The notes under the pieces are model-generated. The model was not told the origin of the DNA. It was given only the letters and a program-made list of their open reading frames with translations, and made no database searches. Made by a program: the position numbers and the translations under genes. Of a stretch of 64,000 bases of DNA, positions 15,086-24,974 are shown piece by piece. The stretch is from an uncultured Alphaproteobacteria bacterium (GTDB lineage Bacteria > Pseudomonadota > Alphaproteobacteria > RF32 > CAG-239): NCBI GenBank assembly GCA_944392205.1, contig CALXVV010000002.1, positions 101,025 to 165,024 of the forward strand, read 5' to 3'. Every line of letters begins with the position of its first letter. Positions within the stretch are counted from its first letter, which is position 1.

Positions 15086-16486
15086 TTACTGAAATTTGCG
15101 GGCCGATCTGCCTTCTTTCCAGTTCTTTTCTATCTTTTCTAGGGAAATTCCCTTGGTCTCGGGAATAAAGAAATATACAAAAAGCATGGAAATTATCGTG
15201 ATGCCGCCAAACATCCAGAATGTGGCCGCTCTGCCGATGAGATCCAACAGCGGCAGAAAACTCAAAACAACCACAAAATTGAAACCAAAGTTGGCTACCG
15301 TGGCGGCACTCATGGCCAGGCCTCTGATTTGCAGCGGCATAACCTCTGATATCATAATCCAGCCAACAGGGCCTAAGCTCATGGCAAATGAGGCAATATA
15401 AACTACTACCGAGGCAACGGCTATCCATTTGCGGGCATCGCCAAGCTCTTGGGCAAAAGCAAACGAGCTGCCCAAGGTGATGAGGCTTATCAGCATTCCC
15501 CAAAGGCCAATATATAGCAAAGGTTTGCGCCCCAGTCTGTCTATGGTGGCAATGGCTACAAGAGTCATACCAAAGTTGACAAAGCCTATGCCGATGGTGG
15601 CGTACAAAGCTCCAATCTGAGAGTCAAAACCGGCAATTTGGAAAATGGTGGGCGTGTAATAAATAATGGTATTAATGCCCGTGCAAATTTGTACAAACAT
15701 GATGCCTACGCCAACAAAAACAGGCATAAACATCCAGCGTTTGAAGCTCGTTTTGCTCTCTTTTTTCTTTGGGGTTAAAGTCTCTTTTATCTCTTTAATG
15801 TGAGCCTCAACATCTCCTTCGGGCTCTATCTTTTTGAAGATGTCTTTGGCCTCTTCATCACGGTGTTTGCTTATCAACCAACGAGGGGTGTCACCTAAGA
15901 AGCTGATGCCAATCAGCAAAATAGCGGCAGGGATTACACCGGAGCCGAGCATCCAACGCCAGTTGTGGTCAAAGTTTGCAAATACGCGGTTGATGAGGTA
16001 GGAAAGCAAAATGCCGGCAGTGATAGCCAGTTGGAAAAGAGAAATCAACATTCCGCGAATTTTTTGCGGAGAAATCTCTGACAAATACAGCGGCACCGCA
16101 AAACTGACCATACCAACCGCAATGCCGATAATGATACGTGAGATAATCAGTTGAGAAATGGTTTGGGCAAAACCGCACATCAAAGAACCAACAACAAAAA
16201 TCAAAGCGGTGGCAATGATTATTTTTTTGCGCCCATACATATCGGCTAAGAAACCATTGGCTGCAGCACCAACGACTGAACCGGCAATGGCCGAGCTTAC
16301 CAGCCAGCCTTGCTCCAGAGGCGTCATTGTCCAGGTTTCGTTGATGAATAGCAGAGCTCCGGATATGACGCCCATGTCAAAACCGGAAAGCAAGCCCCCA
16401 AGCGAGGCTACCGCGGCTATTATGTATAGCCAAAGGTGCTTTTTTTGTTTCTGTTTGGTCATTGATATCTCCTTTTTGTTTTTCAT
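15086..16486 (-). CDS. MFS sugar porter family transporter
   Basis: GRKKIII, GDTPRWL (PESPRWL-like), PETKG, 12 helices, 466 aa. Confidence 0.9.
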   Translation of the reverse strand: MKNKKEISMTKQKQKKHLWLYIIAAVASLGGLLSGFDMGVISGALLFINETWTMTPLEQGWLVSSAIAGSVVGAAANGFLADMYGRKKIIIATALIFVVGSLMCGFAQTISQLIISRIIIGIAVGMVSFAVPLYLSEISPQKIRGMLISLFQLAITAGILLSYLINRVFANFDHNWRWMLGSGVIPAAILLIGISFLGDTPRWLISKHRDEEAKDIFKKIEPEGDVEAHIKEIKETLTPKKKESKTSFKRWMFMPVFVGVGIMFVQICTGINTIIYYTPTIFQIAGFDSQIGALYATIGIGFVNFGMTLVAIATIDRLGRKPLLYIGLWGMLISLITLGSSFAFAQELGDARKWIAVASVVVYIASFAMSLGPVGWIMISEVMPLQIRGLAMSAATVANFGFNFVVVLSFLPLLDLIGRAATFWMFGGITIISMLFVYFFIPETKGISLEKIEKNWKEGRSARKFQ

Positions 16487-16506
16487 ATAATCATATTTTC
16501 TTTAAC

Positions 16507-17253
16507 TTAAAGACGGATGAAGTCTAAAAAGATTGGCCGGCGGCCTTCTCTTATGGCTTTTCTTTGGTATTTGGTTTCAACCCAATCTGAGGGCGGGTTT
16601 TTCCAGTCTTTGCCACAGGTTGCTGCCCAGCGAAAGTTTTTATCTTCGTGCATTTGCCGCAAGCTCCAGGTCTTGTATATCGGGTGGTCGGTGGCTATTC
16701 TAAACAGTCCGCCTGGCTTTAGGATGCGGGCAATTTCTTTTAGGTTGTCAGGGTTTACAAAACGGCGCGAGGCGTGGCGTTTCTTGGGCCATGGGTCCGG
16801 AAACAGCAGAAAAACTTTGTCTAAAAAGCCATCCGGCAGGCGTGAAAAAAGAAGGCGGATGTCATCATCATAAATTCTGACGTTGTCTACTCTTTCGGGT
16901 AAGAGCGTAATCTGCTCAGGCAGGTCATTGCCTTCTTTTATTCCGGTTAGTAAAGTTAAGAGGTTGGCTACGCCGTTTTTGAAAACCTCTGCTCCGATAT
17001 AACCGGTATCGGGATTTTTTAGGGCTTGGCCGGCCAGATGTTCACCATTGCCAAAGCCAATCTCCAAACAAACGGATTTGACAGGCACACCGAACAATGT
17101 TTCTTTTTTAAATACAGTGTTCTGATTTATTTGTAGCTTAGGTAAAAAGCTTTCCAACAAAGAGGTTTTTGCTTTTCTGATGCGGCGACCTTGACGGCGG
17201 CCAAAAAATTTTGGCTCTGACGGGTCGTGCGGGTGTTTATCAGAGTAGAGCAT
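16507..17253 (-). CDS. trmB: tRNA (guanine46-N7)-methyltransferase TrmB
   Basis: EIGFGNGEHL and FPDPWPKKRH motifs. Confidence 0.9.
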   Translation of the reverse strand: MLYSDKHPHDPSEPKFFGRRQGRRIRKAKTSLLESFLPKLQINQNTVFKKETLFGVPVKSVCLEIGFGNGEHLAGQALKNPDTGYIGAEVFKNGVANLLTLLTGIKEGNDLPEQITLLPERVDNVRIYDDDIRLLFSRLPDGFLDKVFLLFPDPWPKKRHASRRFVNPDNLKEIARILKPGGLFRIATDHPIYKTWSLRQMHEDKNFRWAATCGKDWKNPPSDWVETKYQRKAIREGRRPIFLDFIRL

Positions 17254-18397
17254 TTTGAAGATCCTTTACTAAATCTAATTTTTCCCAGGAAAAAGAGCCA
17301 TCGCTTTTGGGCTTGCGTCCAAAATGTCCATAAGCGCTGGTCCCAGAATAAATCGGGCGGCGCAGGTCTAGCCTTGAAATAATGGCCTCCGGGGTTAACT
17401 CAACGTTTTCTTTTATCCAGCTTAATATCTGTTCTTGCGGTAGTTTGCTTGTTCCTTTGGTGTCTATGTATAAAGACAAAGGTTCAGCAACGCCGATGGC
17501 ATAAGATATTTGCAACAAACATTCATCTGCCAAACCTGCGGCCACCACATTTTTTGCCAGCCAGCGAAGCATATAAGCCGCAGAGCGGTCTACTTTGGTC
17601 GGGTCTTTGCCGGAAAATGCCCCGCCGCCGTGCGGGGCCGCGCCGCCATAGGTGTCCACAATTATTTTGCGGCCGGTGAGCCCGGTATCACCATCGGGGC
17701 CGCCAATGACAAAACGGCCGGTTGGGTTTATCAATAGAGCTTGTTCTGATGGCATTAAGCTTTCAGGAATTGCTTTTTTTAAGGCTTGTTTGACAAGTTC
17801 TCTGACCTCTTCTATTTCTACATCCTTGTCGTGTTGGCTGGAAACAACAATTTTAGGTAAAGTAACAGCTTCTCCCTGTTCGTTGTATTCTACCGTGACC
17901 TGGCTTTTGGCATCAGGACCAAGGTGATTTTGTAAATCTTGCAGGCGAATTCCCGAGAGTTCCTGCAAAATTCGGTGTGCCAGAAATATCGGCAGCGGCA
18001 TATATTCCGTTTCAAATCCTTTTTCTTTTTTGGCATAACCAAACATAATGCCTTGGTCTCCGGCGCCGAAGCGGTCTACTCCTAATGCTATATCTGCTGA
18101 CTGGCGGTGAAGTAAGTTGTTTATCTTCAACGTCTTCCAGCTAAAGCCAACTTGCTCGTAGCCGATGTTTTTGACAACTTGGCGAATCGCCAACTCTATT
18201 TCCTCATCTGGGGGGAGGGAGGATGAAGATGTTTCTCCGGCAATGATAACTTGGTCCGTGGTGGCGAGTGTTTCTATGGCTGTACGTGCTTTTGTATCTT
18301 TTTGTAAGTGCAAGTCCAAAAGGGCATCGGATATGGCATCGCAGACCTTGTCAGGGTGGCCGGCTGAAACAGATTCGCTCGTGAATAAAACAGACAT
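17240..18397 (-). CDS. metK: S-adenosylmethionine synthetase
   Basis: GHPDKVCDAISDA, GAGDQGIMFGYA, GGGAFSGKDPTKVDRS. Confidence 0.95.
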   Translation of the reverse strand: MSVLFTSESVSAGHPDKVCDAISDALLDLHLQKDTKARTAIETLATTDQVIIAGETSSSSLPPDEEIELAIRQVVKNIGYEQVGFSWKTLKINNLLHRQSADIALGVDRFGAGDQGIMFGYAKKEKGFETEYMPLPIFLAHRILQELSGIRLQDLQNHLGPDAKSQVTVEYNEQGEAVTLPKIVVSSQHDKDVEIEEVRELVKQALKKAIPESLMPSEQALLINPTGRFVIGGPDGDTGLTGRKIIVDTYGGAAPHGGGAFSGKDPTKVDRSAAYMLRWLAKNVVAAGLADECLLQISYAIGVAEPLSLYIDTKGTSKLPQEQILSWIKENVELTPEAIISRLDLRRPIYSGTSAYGHFGRKPKSDGSFSWEKLDLVKDLQNALL

Positions 18398-18430
18398 TTT
18401 TACCTCAGTTCTTTTTGCTGTTTTTATAAT

Positions 18431-18462
18431 AAAAAAAAGCTGGTAAATTACCAGCTTTTTTT
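18431..18462 (-). terminator. rho-independent terminator after the XRE-family gene
   Basis: agctggta (18438-18445) / taccagct (18449-18456) with flanking A8 and T7 runs. Confidence 0.7.
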
Positions 18463-18480
18463 CCTAATATCGCAAGATTT

Positions 18481-18981
18481 TTATTCTTCGTCTTCTGACT
18501 GATTATTATAGTTTGTTTTGGACATCGATATAATAAGGTCATACAAATGATGAGCCGCCGTGCGGTTGGGAATTTTGTAATAGGCCTTCACCAACTCTAT
18601 GGTTTCTTGCCGCTGCATGGGGTCATCATTGTAGATCTCCTCTTCTTCTTCCAAGAAATCTATATCTCCCTCCGGAAGAGAAAACATCCTCGGAGACTGG
18701 TTGGCAACCGACTTGTCCATGTCTTCGTAAAAAAAGTTGATTGGAACTTCCAACACTTTGCTGATGTCCCACAGACGGCTGGCACCAACGCGGTTCATGC
18801 CTCTTTCATATTTCTGAACCTGCTGAAATGTCAGACCCAACATGCTGGCCAATTTTTCTTGGCTCAGACCTAAAAGTGTGCGTCTGAGGCGAATGCGATT
18901 ACCGACGTGAACGTCGACCGGATTTGGCTCCCCCTGCGGTGTACGGCCACGGTTGGATTTCTTTGTTAGTTGTTTGATCAT
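18481..18981 (-). CDS. XRE-family HTH transcriptional regulator (166 aa)
   Basis: VGNRIRLRRTLLGLSQEKLASMLGLTFQQVQKYERGMNRVGASRL is a classic HTH_3 pattern. Confidence 0.75.
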   Translation of the reverse strand: MIKQLTKKSNRGRTPQGEPNPVDVHVGNRIRLRRTLLGLSQEKLASMLGLTFQQVQKYERGMNRVGASRLWDISKVLEVPINFFYEDMDKSVANQSPRMFSLPEGDIDFLEEEEEIYNDDPMQRQETIELVKAYYKIPNRTAAHHLYDLIISMSKTNYNNQSEDEE

Positions 18982-19126
18982 AGTTCAAGTCCCTTAGGTG
19001 AGTGTATAGTTCGTTACTTATAAAATAGGATTTTGCAATCAAATCGTCAACAGATTTTTTATATAACATATTATATTATAAAATCATAATGAAGCGAAGA
19101 CAGAACATTGTATATAGACAATAGTT

Positions 19127-20647
19127 TTAGTCGTTTGCGTTTTTTTGAACAAATGCAACACCCAGCAGGAGAGAACATATGAGCAGGATAAGGCTGTTGC
19201 CTAATCTACTATAAGTTGTGGAAAACTGTGGTTCCTTGGGCAGGGAAATATCTAAAATGCCCTGTTTGTGAAGAGGTATTTGTCCCAAAATAGTTCCTAA
19301 GGGAGAAATAAGCGCGGAGATGCCGCTGCCGGCAACTCGGGCAATGGTTATTCCTTCTTCTACCGCACGAAGTCTGGCTGCCACCAAGTGTTGGTAGGGC
19401 CCTGCAGAATCGCCGTACCAGCCGTCATTGGTGAGGTTTACAATCCATTGTGGGCGATTGTTTTTATCTAAAATTTGGTGTGGGAAGATTACTTCATAGC
19501 AAATTAAACCACTCAGAGAGGGTTGCTCGGGAATGGTGATAATTTCTGGTCCTTTTCCGGCTTGAAAGCTGCCAATGGCGTTGGCAACGGGCCTTATCCA
19601 TTCCGGCAGATATTTTCGCAAAGGTATATACTCTCCAAACGGGACCAAGTGAAATTTGTCGTATGTGGCGATGATTTGATTGCTCTTATTCAAAACAAAC
19701 AGAGAGTTGTATACCTTGTATGAGGCGTCTTGAATATCTTCGTAACGCAGAGCTCCGGTAATAAGGTATCCTTGCGGCGGAATGGCATATTGCAGCATTT
19801 GTCGATGATAAACATCTTGCTCAAGGGCATAGGGAAAAGCTGTTTCTCCCCAAATGATGAAGTCCACATTCTCAAAGCCCGGAAGTTGGGAGAGTTTTAT
19901 ATATTGCTCCAAATTGTCTGACAGGGCTGCCGCATTCCATTTCAGACTTTGCGGAATGGCCGGTTGAACCAGCCGGATAATTGTGGAGGAGGCTTGGTAG
20001 GGGTGCGCTTTTATCTTAAAATACCCAAAACTACTTAAAAACACCAGAATCACAACAATAATCGATGCTGAAATTTTTAATCTTTTTTTGCTCTTGCTGT
20101 TGAAATATAAAAACGGCGCTCCGGCTGCGAGCAACACCAGCAAACTTAAGAAATAAGTGCCTCCCAAACCAGCTGCTTGAATCAAAATATCGCTGAAAGC
20201 AAGAGTTGAGCCAAGCAAATTCCACGGAAACCCTGTCAGAAAGAAGCTCCTTATCCACTCAAAAATTACAAAAAGAGCGGTAAAAGCCAAATACCTGGCC
20301 CAATCTTTTTTGGCATACCAACTTAACCACGCCGGGATGGCAATAAATAAGCCAAAGAAAAATCCCGAGGCCAAAAAGGTTATCGGCACCAACCACCCAA
20401 AGGCGTTTGCATCCAGCAATAGTGCATTGTTTATCCAGGCCAGACCAAAGGCAAAAAAAGCAAAACCGAAATAATAGCCGCTTTTGAATGCCATGCCTTT
20501 TGTGGCACAGTTGTCAACCAGCCACAAGAGCAGTGAAAAGCTGACAAACAAAACCGGAAACGCATACCACGGCGGTAGGGCGGCGGTAGCCAGCCAACCG
20601 CTTAAAAAAGACAGTAGCCGATAATGTTTAATCAGGTTGGCCTTCAT
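19127..20647 (-). CDS. lnt: apolipoprotein N-acyltransferase
   Basis: Polytopic N-terminus plus a CN-hydrolase domain: WGETAFP, LVPFGEYIP, ICYEVIFP. Confidence 0.9.
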   Translation of the reverse strand: MKANLIKHYRLLSFLSGWLATAALPPWYAFPVLFVSFSLLLWLVDNCATKGMAFKSGYYFGFAFFAFGLAWINNALLLDANAFGWLVPITFLASGFFFGLFIAIPAWLSWYAKKDWARYLAFTALFVIFEWIRSFFLTGFPWNLLGSTLAFSDILIQAAGLGGTYFLSLLVLLAAGAPFLYFNSKSKKRLKISASIIVVILVFLSSFGYFKIKAHPYQASSTIIRLVQPAIPQSLKWNAAALSDNLEQYIKLSQLPGFENVDFIIWGETAFPYALEQDVYHRQMLQYAIPPQGYLITGALRYEDIQDASYKVYNSLFVLNKSNQIIATYDKFHLVPFGEYIPLRKYLPEWIRPVANAIGSFQAGKGPEIITIPEQPSLSGLICYEVIFPHQILDKNNRPQWIVNLTNDGWYGDSAGPYQHLVAARLRAVEEGITIARVAGSGISALISPLGTILGQIPLHKQGILDISLPKEPQFSTTYSRLGNSLILLICSLLLGVAFVQKNAND

Positions 20648-21524
20648 TTGTTTCTGATTCCTTGGGGCGGATAATCATGACCTTCTTTATCCTTCTCGGG
20701 TCTACATCCATAATCTGGAACTTTAATCCGTCTGGGCCTTCAATCACTTCTCCTCTGGAAGGAATCCTTTGAATTAGGTTGAACACAAATCCGCCCAAGG
20801 TTTCAATTTCAGAGGCAGCATCTTCGGAAAGATATTGGGCCAGGTCAAGGTTTGAAATTTCTTTTATCTCATCTAACTCGGCTTTGGCATCGGCGATAAT
20901 TTCTCCTGAATCTTGCACGGCAATCAGAGGATCTTCTTCTAAATCATATTCATCTTCAATATCGCCAACGATTTCTTCTAGCAAATCTTCTATCGTTACA
21001 AGGCCGTCTATGCCGCCATATTCATCCACCACCATGGCCATGTGAACCTTTTGAATTTGCATCTCTCTTAGCAAATCCAAAACCCTCATTGAGGGTGATA
21101 CAAACTTAACATTTGGGGTTACGATATCTGCAACTTGGCAATCTTTTTTGCCTTTTAGTAAGCATTTGACCAAATCTATTACGTGGAGAATGCCGACAAT
21201 ATCGTCAAGAGATTCTCCGTAAATCGGAATTCTGGAGTGCCCTTTGGTGACCATGAGCTCGGCCAAATCTTTTACGGTTCCCGTTTGCGGAAAAGCGATG
21301 ATATCGGCTCTCGGAATCATGGCCTCTGCGCATTTCTTGTTGCTTAGACACAGAATATTGTTGAGCAATAATTGCTCATGCTCGGAAAGCTGATCTTCTC
21401 CATTTGAGGAGGCCTCTTCTATCAAGTCCTCAATCGTTTCGCGTACGGTTTCAGGCTGACGACGGTGAAAAAACTTGGTTACAAAACGGCAAAAAGAAGG
21501 TTCGTTTTTAGAGTCTTCTGACAT
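20628..21524 (-). CDS. corC: CBS-pair plus CorC_HlyC domain protein (CorC/TlyC-like)
   Basis: CBS pair (MIPRADI.., HMAMVVDEYGG..GLVTIEDLLEEIVGDIEDE) and a C-terminal CorC domain. Conserved ybeY-corC-lnt order. Confidence 0.85.
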   Translation of the reverse strand: MSEDSKNEPSFCRFVTKFFHRRQPETVRETIEDLIEEASSNGEDQLSEHEQLLLNNILCLSNKKCAEAMIPRADIIAFPQTGTVKDLAELMVTKGHSRIPIYGESLDDIVGILHVIDLVKCLLKGKKDCQVADIVTPNVKFVSPSMRVLDLLREMQIQKVHMAMVVDEYGGIDGLVTIEDLLEEIVGDIEDEYDLEEDPLIAVQDSGEIIADAKAELDEIKEISNLDLAQYLSEDAASEIETLGGFVFNLIQRIPSRGEVIEGPDGLKFQIMDVDPRRIKKVMIIRPKESETNEGQPD

Positions 21525-21532
21525 TTGTGTTT

Positions 21533-22054
21533 TTACTCCTCATAAGGATTTTTGATGTTTAGGTGCTGCAAAATTTTTATTTCAAGGCCTTCCATGTGCT
21601 CAGCCTCTTCATCTTCTTGGTGGTCATAGCCCAAAAGATGCAAGAGACCGTGCACCAAAAGATGGCTTAGGTGAGCTTGCAAAGAAATGCTTTGCTCCTG
21701 AGCTTCTCTTTCCAGGGTTTCTAGAGCAATAATAATGTCTCCTAATTCTAAAAAGTCATCGGCATTTGCGAGCTCTTCTTCAAAATCAGGGTCATCAACA
21801 TTGGCAAAGGATAAAACATTGGTTGGTTTATCCATGTTTCTGAATTCTTTGTTTAAGCGGTGTACTTCCTCATCATTGCTCAAAGAAAGGTTCACAACCA
21901 AAGTTGCTTTTGTGGTGAACAACTCGGAGGGCTCTTCTTTAGCCATAAAGGCAAAAGTTGTTGTAAAAACACGGCGGCACAAATCATCGATAGTGGCAAG
22001 TTTGTCGTTCCATCTCGAATCATTTATGACAATATTTAGTTCCGGTTTATTCAT
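21533..22054 (-). CDS. ybeY: rRNA maturation endoribonuclease YbeY
   Basis: HLLVHGLLHLLGYDH zinc motif. Confidence 0.9.
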   Translation of the reverse strand: MNKPELNIVINDSRWNDKLATIDDLCRRVFTTTFAFMAKEEPSELFTTKATLVVNLSLSNDEEVHRLNKEFRNMDKPTNVLSFANVDDPDFEEELANADDFLELGDIIIALETLEREAQEQSISLQAHLSHLLVHGLLHLLGYDHQEDEEAEHMEGLEIKILQHLNIKNPYEE

Positions 22055-23012
22055 CTCCGTATTCTTTCTTGCTTCGTTCTTCGTAGGCTTTTACGATTTT
22101 AGCTACCAAGCCATGACGAACAACATCTGCCGCACTGAAACGGACCGAGCCGATATTGGGCACGCCCTGCAAAATGCTCAAGGCATCTCTTAAGCCTGAG
22201 ATGGTGCCGCGAGGTAAATCTACTTGGCTCAAGTCACCGTTGACAACCATGCGGGAATTTTCGCCCAAACGGGTTAAAAACATCTTCATTTGCATCGGGG
22301 TGGTGTTTTGGGCCTCATCCAAAATGACAAAAGCATTGGAGAGGGTGCGGCCGCGCATGAAAGCCAGAGGCGCAATTTCTATCTCACCTAATGCAATTTT
22401 CTTATCCACTTGCTCTGCCGGCAACATCTCATACAAAGCATCATACAACGGGCGCAAATAGGGGTCTACTTTTTCTTTTAAGTCGCCGGGCAGGAAGCCT
22501 AGGTTTTCTCCAGCCTCAACCGCCGGACGAGAAAGAATAATCTTGTCTATGCGGCCTTCCAACATCATTGATACCGCCAGGGCAACTGCCAAATAGGTCT
22601 TACCGGTGCCGGCAGGGCCAAGGCCGAAAACAAGCTCGTTTTTCATCATCTCCTGGATATATAGCGCTTGGGTAGCAGAGCGCGGATAAATATGGCGTTT
22701 TTTGGTTTTTAGGACGATGTTGCTCAAGTCTTGAGCGGTGGCAGAATCGGTGTTGCCGCCGGAAATCCGGATGGCGGCTTTGACCTCTTCCTCATTGATG
22801 GCAATACCTTTGCTGACCTTGTTGTATAAAACGTCTATGGCCGTTTTGGCTTGTTCTATTGCCTCAGAGGGGCCTTTGATGTTCATCTGGTTACCAAAGG
22901 AGCCGATTTCTACTCCCAAAATCTTTTCTATTAAACGCAAATTGCCGTCTTGCGGGCCGACAAGCTGCTGAACAAGATTATTGTTGAAGAGTTCAAAATT
23001 TATTTCTGCCAT
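22047..23012 (-). CDS. phoH: PhoH-family ATPase (YbeZ)
   Basis: GPAGTGKTYLAVA Walker A and ILDEAQN. Confidence 0.9.
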   Translation of the reverse strand: MAEINFELFNNNLVQQLVGPQDGNLRLIEKILGVEIGSFGNQMNIKGPSEAIEQAKTAIDVLYNKVSKGIAINEEEVKAAIRISGGNTDSATAQDLSNIVLKTKKRHIYPRSATQALYIQEMMKNELVFGLGPAGTGKTYLAVALAVSMMLEGRIDKIILSRPAVEAGENLGFLPGDLKEKVDPYLRPLYDALYEMLPAEQVDKKIALGEIEIAPLAFMRGRTLSNAFVILDEAQNTTPMQMKMFLTRLGENSRMVVNGDLSQVDLPRGTISGLRDALSILQGVPNIGSVRFSAADVVRHGLVAKIVKAYEERSKKEYGDE

Positions 23013-23014
23013 GG

Positions 23015-24385
23015 CTATTTTCCTTCCTTTACACCAGACAATGAGTTAACGGTTGCATCTATCATTTTTATATTAACAATTTTATTGCAATATTCTTTGC
23101 CAAGCTCGGCATGGACATTTTGCATCCAAGGGGTTCTGCCGATAAGCTCTCCTTTGTGGCGGCCTTTGATATCAAACAAAACCGGCATGATTTTACCAAC
23201 ACTTTCTTTATTAAACTTTAACTGATATGAAAATAAGAGGTCTTGCAAGATGCTTAAGCGCTCTTTTTTTATCTTTTCTTCTACTTGATTGGGCATTAGG
23301 GCTGCCGGAGTACCTGCGCGGCGAGAATATTTAAATGAAAAAGCCTGAATAAAGCCAACTTGGCGGACCAAGTCCAACGTTTGTTCGAAATCTTCATCCG
23401 TTTCTCCGGGAAAGCCGACAATAAAGTCTGATGAAAAACCAAGCTCCGGGTTGGCCTCTTTGAGCTTTCCAACTACTTCAAGGTATTGGCCGCGCGTGTG
23501 GCGTCGGTTCATCGCTTTTAGAATTTTGTCTGAGCCGGATTGAACCGGAAGGTGCAAATAGGGCATCAGTTTCTTTAGGTCTCTATGGCAGGCAATGAGG
23601 TCATCATCAACATCGGCTGGATAAGATGTGGTGTAGCGGAGCCGTTCCAAGCCCTCAATCTCATTTAATTTTCTTAGTAAATATGCCAGATTCCGCTCTT
23701 TGCCGTTTTTATCTTCTCCATGGTAGGAGTTTACGTTTTGCCCCAAAAGATTTATTTCAACAGAGCCTTCGGCAACCAGCTTTTCTGCTTCTTTGATAAT
23801 GTCTTCCACCGGACGGGAGGTTTCAATTCCTCTGGTGTAAGGCACAACACAATAAGTACAAAAATTGTTGCATCCTTCTTGAATGGCTAAAAATGAGCAG
23901 CCGCCCATGGAGGTGTTTTCAGGCAAAAAGTCAAATTTTGACTCAGCCGGAAACTCGGTATCTATCACCGGAATCCCACGCTTTTTGGAGATTTGAGCCA
24001 GTACCTGAGGCAGGCGGTGATAGGTCAAGGGGCCAAGAGCAAAATCCACAAAAGGAGCGCGTTTGGCGATTTGTTCATCTTCTGCCTGGACAACACAGCC
24101 GACAACACCGATGATGGTGTCTTGGCCCTCTTGAGCTCTTTCTTCTTTTATCAAATTTAATCGCCCGAGGTCAGAAAAAACTTTTTCTGCCGCTTTCTCT
24201 CTGATATGGCAGGTGTTGAAAATAACCAAATCTGCGTTTTTTACCGATGTGGCGGGGCTAAACCCAAGGGTTTCCAGAATGGCCGCGATACGATGCGAAT
24301 CGTATACATTCATTTGGCAGCCGAAAGTTTTTATGTAGTATTGTTTCAATGTTTTCTCATTACTTATTTGTTTATCTTTCAGCAT
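23015..24385 (-). CDS. miaB: tRNA-i6A37 methylthiotransferase MiaB
   Basis: FGCQMNVYDS, radical-SAM CNNFCTYCVVP, TRAM C-terminus. Confidence 0.95.
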   Translation of the reverse strand: MLKDKQISNEKTLKQYYIKTFGCQMNVYDSHRIAAILETLGFSPATSVKNADLVIFNTCHIREKAAEKVFSDLGRLNLIKEERAQEGQDTIIGVVGCVVQAEDEQIAKRAPFVDFALGPLTYHRLPQVLAQISKKRGIPVIDTEFPAESKFDFLPENTSMGGCSFLAIQEGCNNFCTYCVVPYTRGIETSRPVEDIIKEAEKLVAEGSVEINLLGQNVNSYHGEDKNGKERNLAYLLRKLNEIEGLERLRYTTSYPADVDDDLIACHRDLKKLMPYLHLPVQSGSDKILKAMNRRHTRGQYLEVVGKLKEANPELGFSSDFIVGFPGETDEDFEQTLDLVRQVGFIQAFSFKYSRRAGTPAALMPNQVEEKIKKERLSILQDLLFSYQLKFNKESVGKIMPVLFDIKGRHKGELIGRTPWMQNVHAELGKEYCNKIVNIKMIDATVNSLSGVKEGK

Positions 24386-24507
24386 ACGTTATCCCTTCTC
24401 TAATTTCAACAATTTTTATTTATTTTGGGATTTTCCTTTTTGATTGTTTTTTTTTGAAAATTTGCTAAGATATAGCCAGAGTTGGCATTTTAATGAAAGG
24501 ACCGTCA

Positions 24508-24954
24508 ATGTCTGGTTTGAATATGGAGAATGATATGAGCTATTTGTCTGAGATGAGCGAAGATGATCGTGTGATATTTTTGAAAGTGTTGATGCGTTTG
24601 GCTAAGGCTGACGGCAATGTCGATGAGGGCGAAGAAGCCTTTATTGCCGAATTGATGAAGGCTTTTGAAATTCCGCAATCTCGGGAAAATGAAGTGCGAT
24701 CAAATGCCAGTGATGACGATATTGTCGAGGAAGCAAAGAAAATTAAAAATCGTCGCACTGCCATGGAGCTTGTTAAAGAAATGTGTATGTTGGCTAACTC
24801 TGACGGAGACCTTTCGGATAGAGAAACCTTGCTTATCGGTCGGGTCGGAAAAGCCATGGGCTTGGAGCTTGAGAAAATTGAGCAAATCGGTCAGTGGGTG
24901 ATTGATAGAATCGTTTGGCTTGAGGAAGGCAAAATTATTTTTGAGAAAGTTTAA
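24508..24954 (+). CDS. TerB-like (tellurite-resistance TerB fold) protein
   Basis: Two copies of the ADG-DG..-E pattern: LAKADGNVDEGEEAFI and LANSDGDLSDRETLLI. ORF track starts at 24493; I chose the ATG at 24508 because AAGGA lies 7 nt upstream. Confidence 0.55.
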   Translation: MSGLNMENDMSYLSEMSEDDRVIFLKVLMRLAKADGNVDEGEEAFIAELMKAFEIPQSRENEVRSNASDDDIVEEAKKIKNRRTAMELVKEMCMLANSDGDLSDRETLLIGRVGKAMGLELEKIEQIGQWVIDRIVWLEEGKIIFEKV

Positions 24955-24974
24955 GAAAGCAAAGGGAGGCAAAA

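Noticed and set aside
18398-18480. SAM riboswitch upstream of metK
   Set aside because: The 83-nt leader is almost entirely occupied by the terminator hairpin of the upstream XRE gene plus an RBS. No pseudoknot-forming SAM-II/SAM-V-like sequence is visible.
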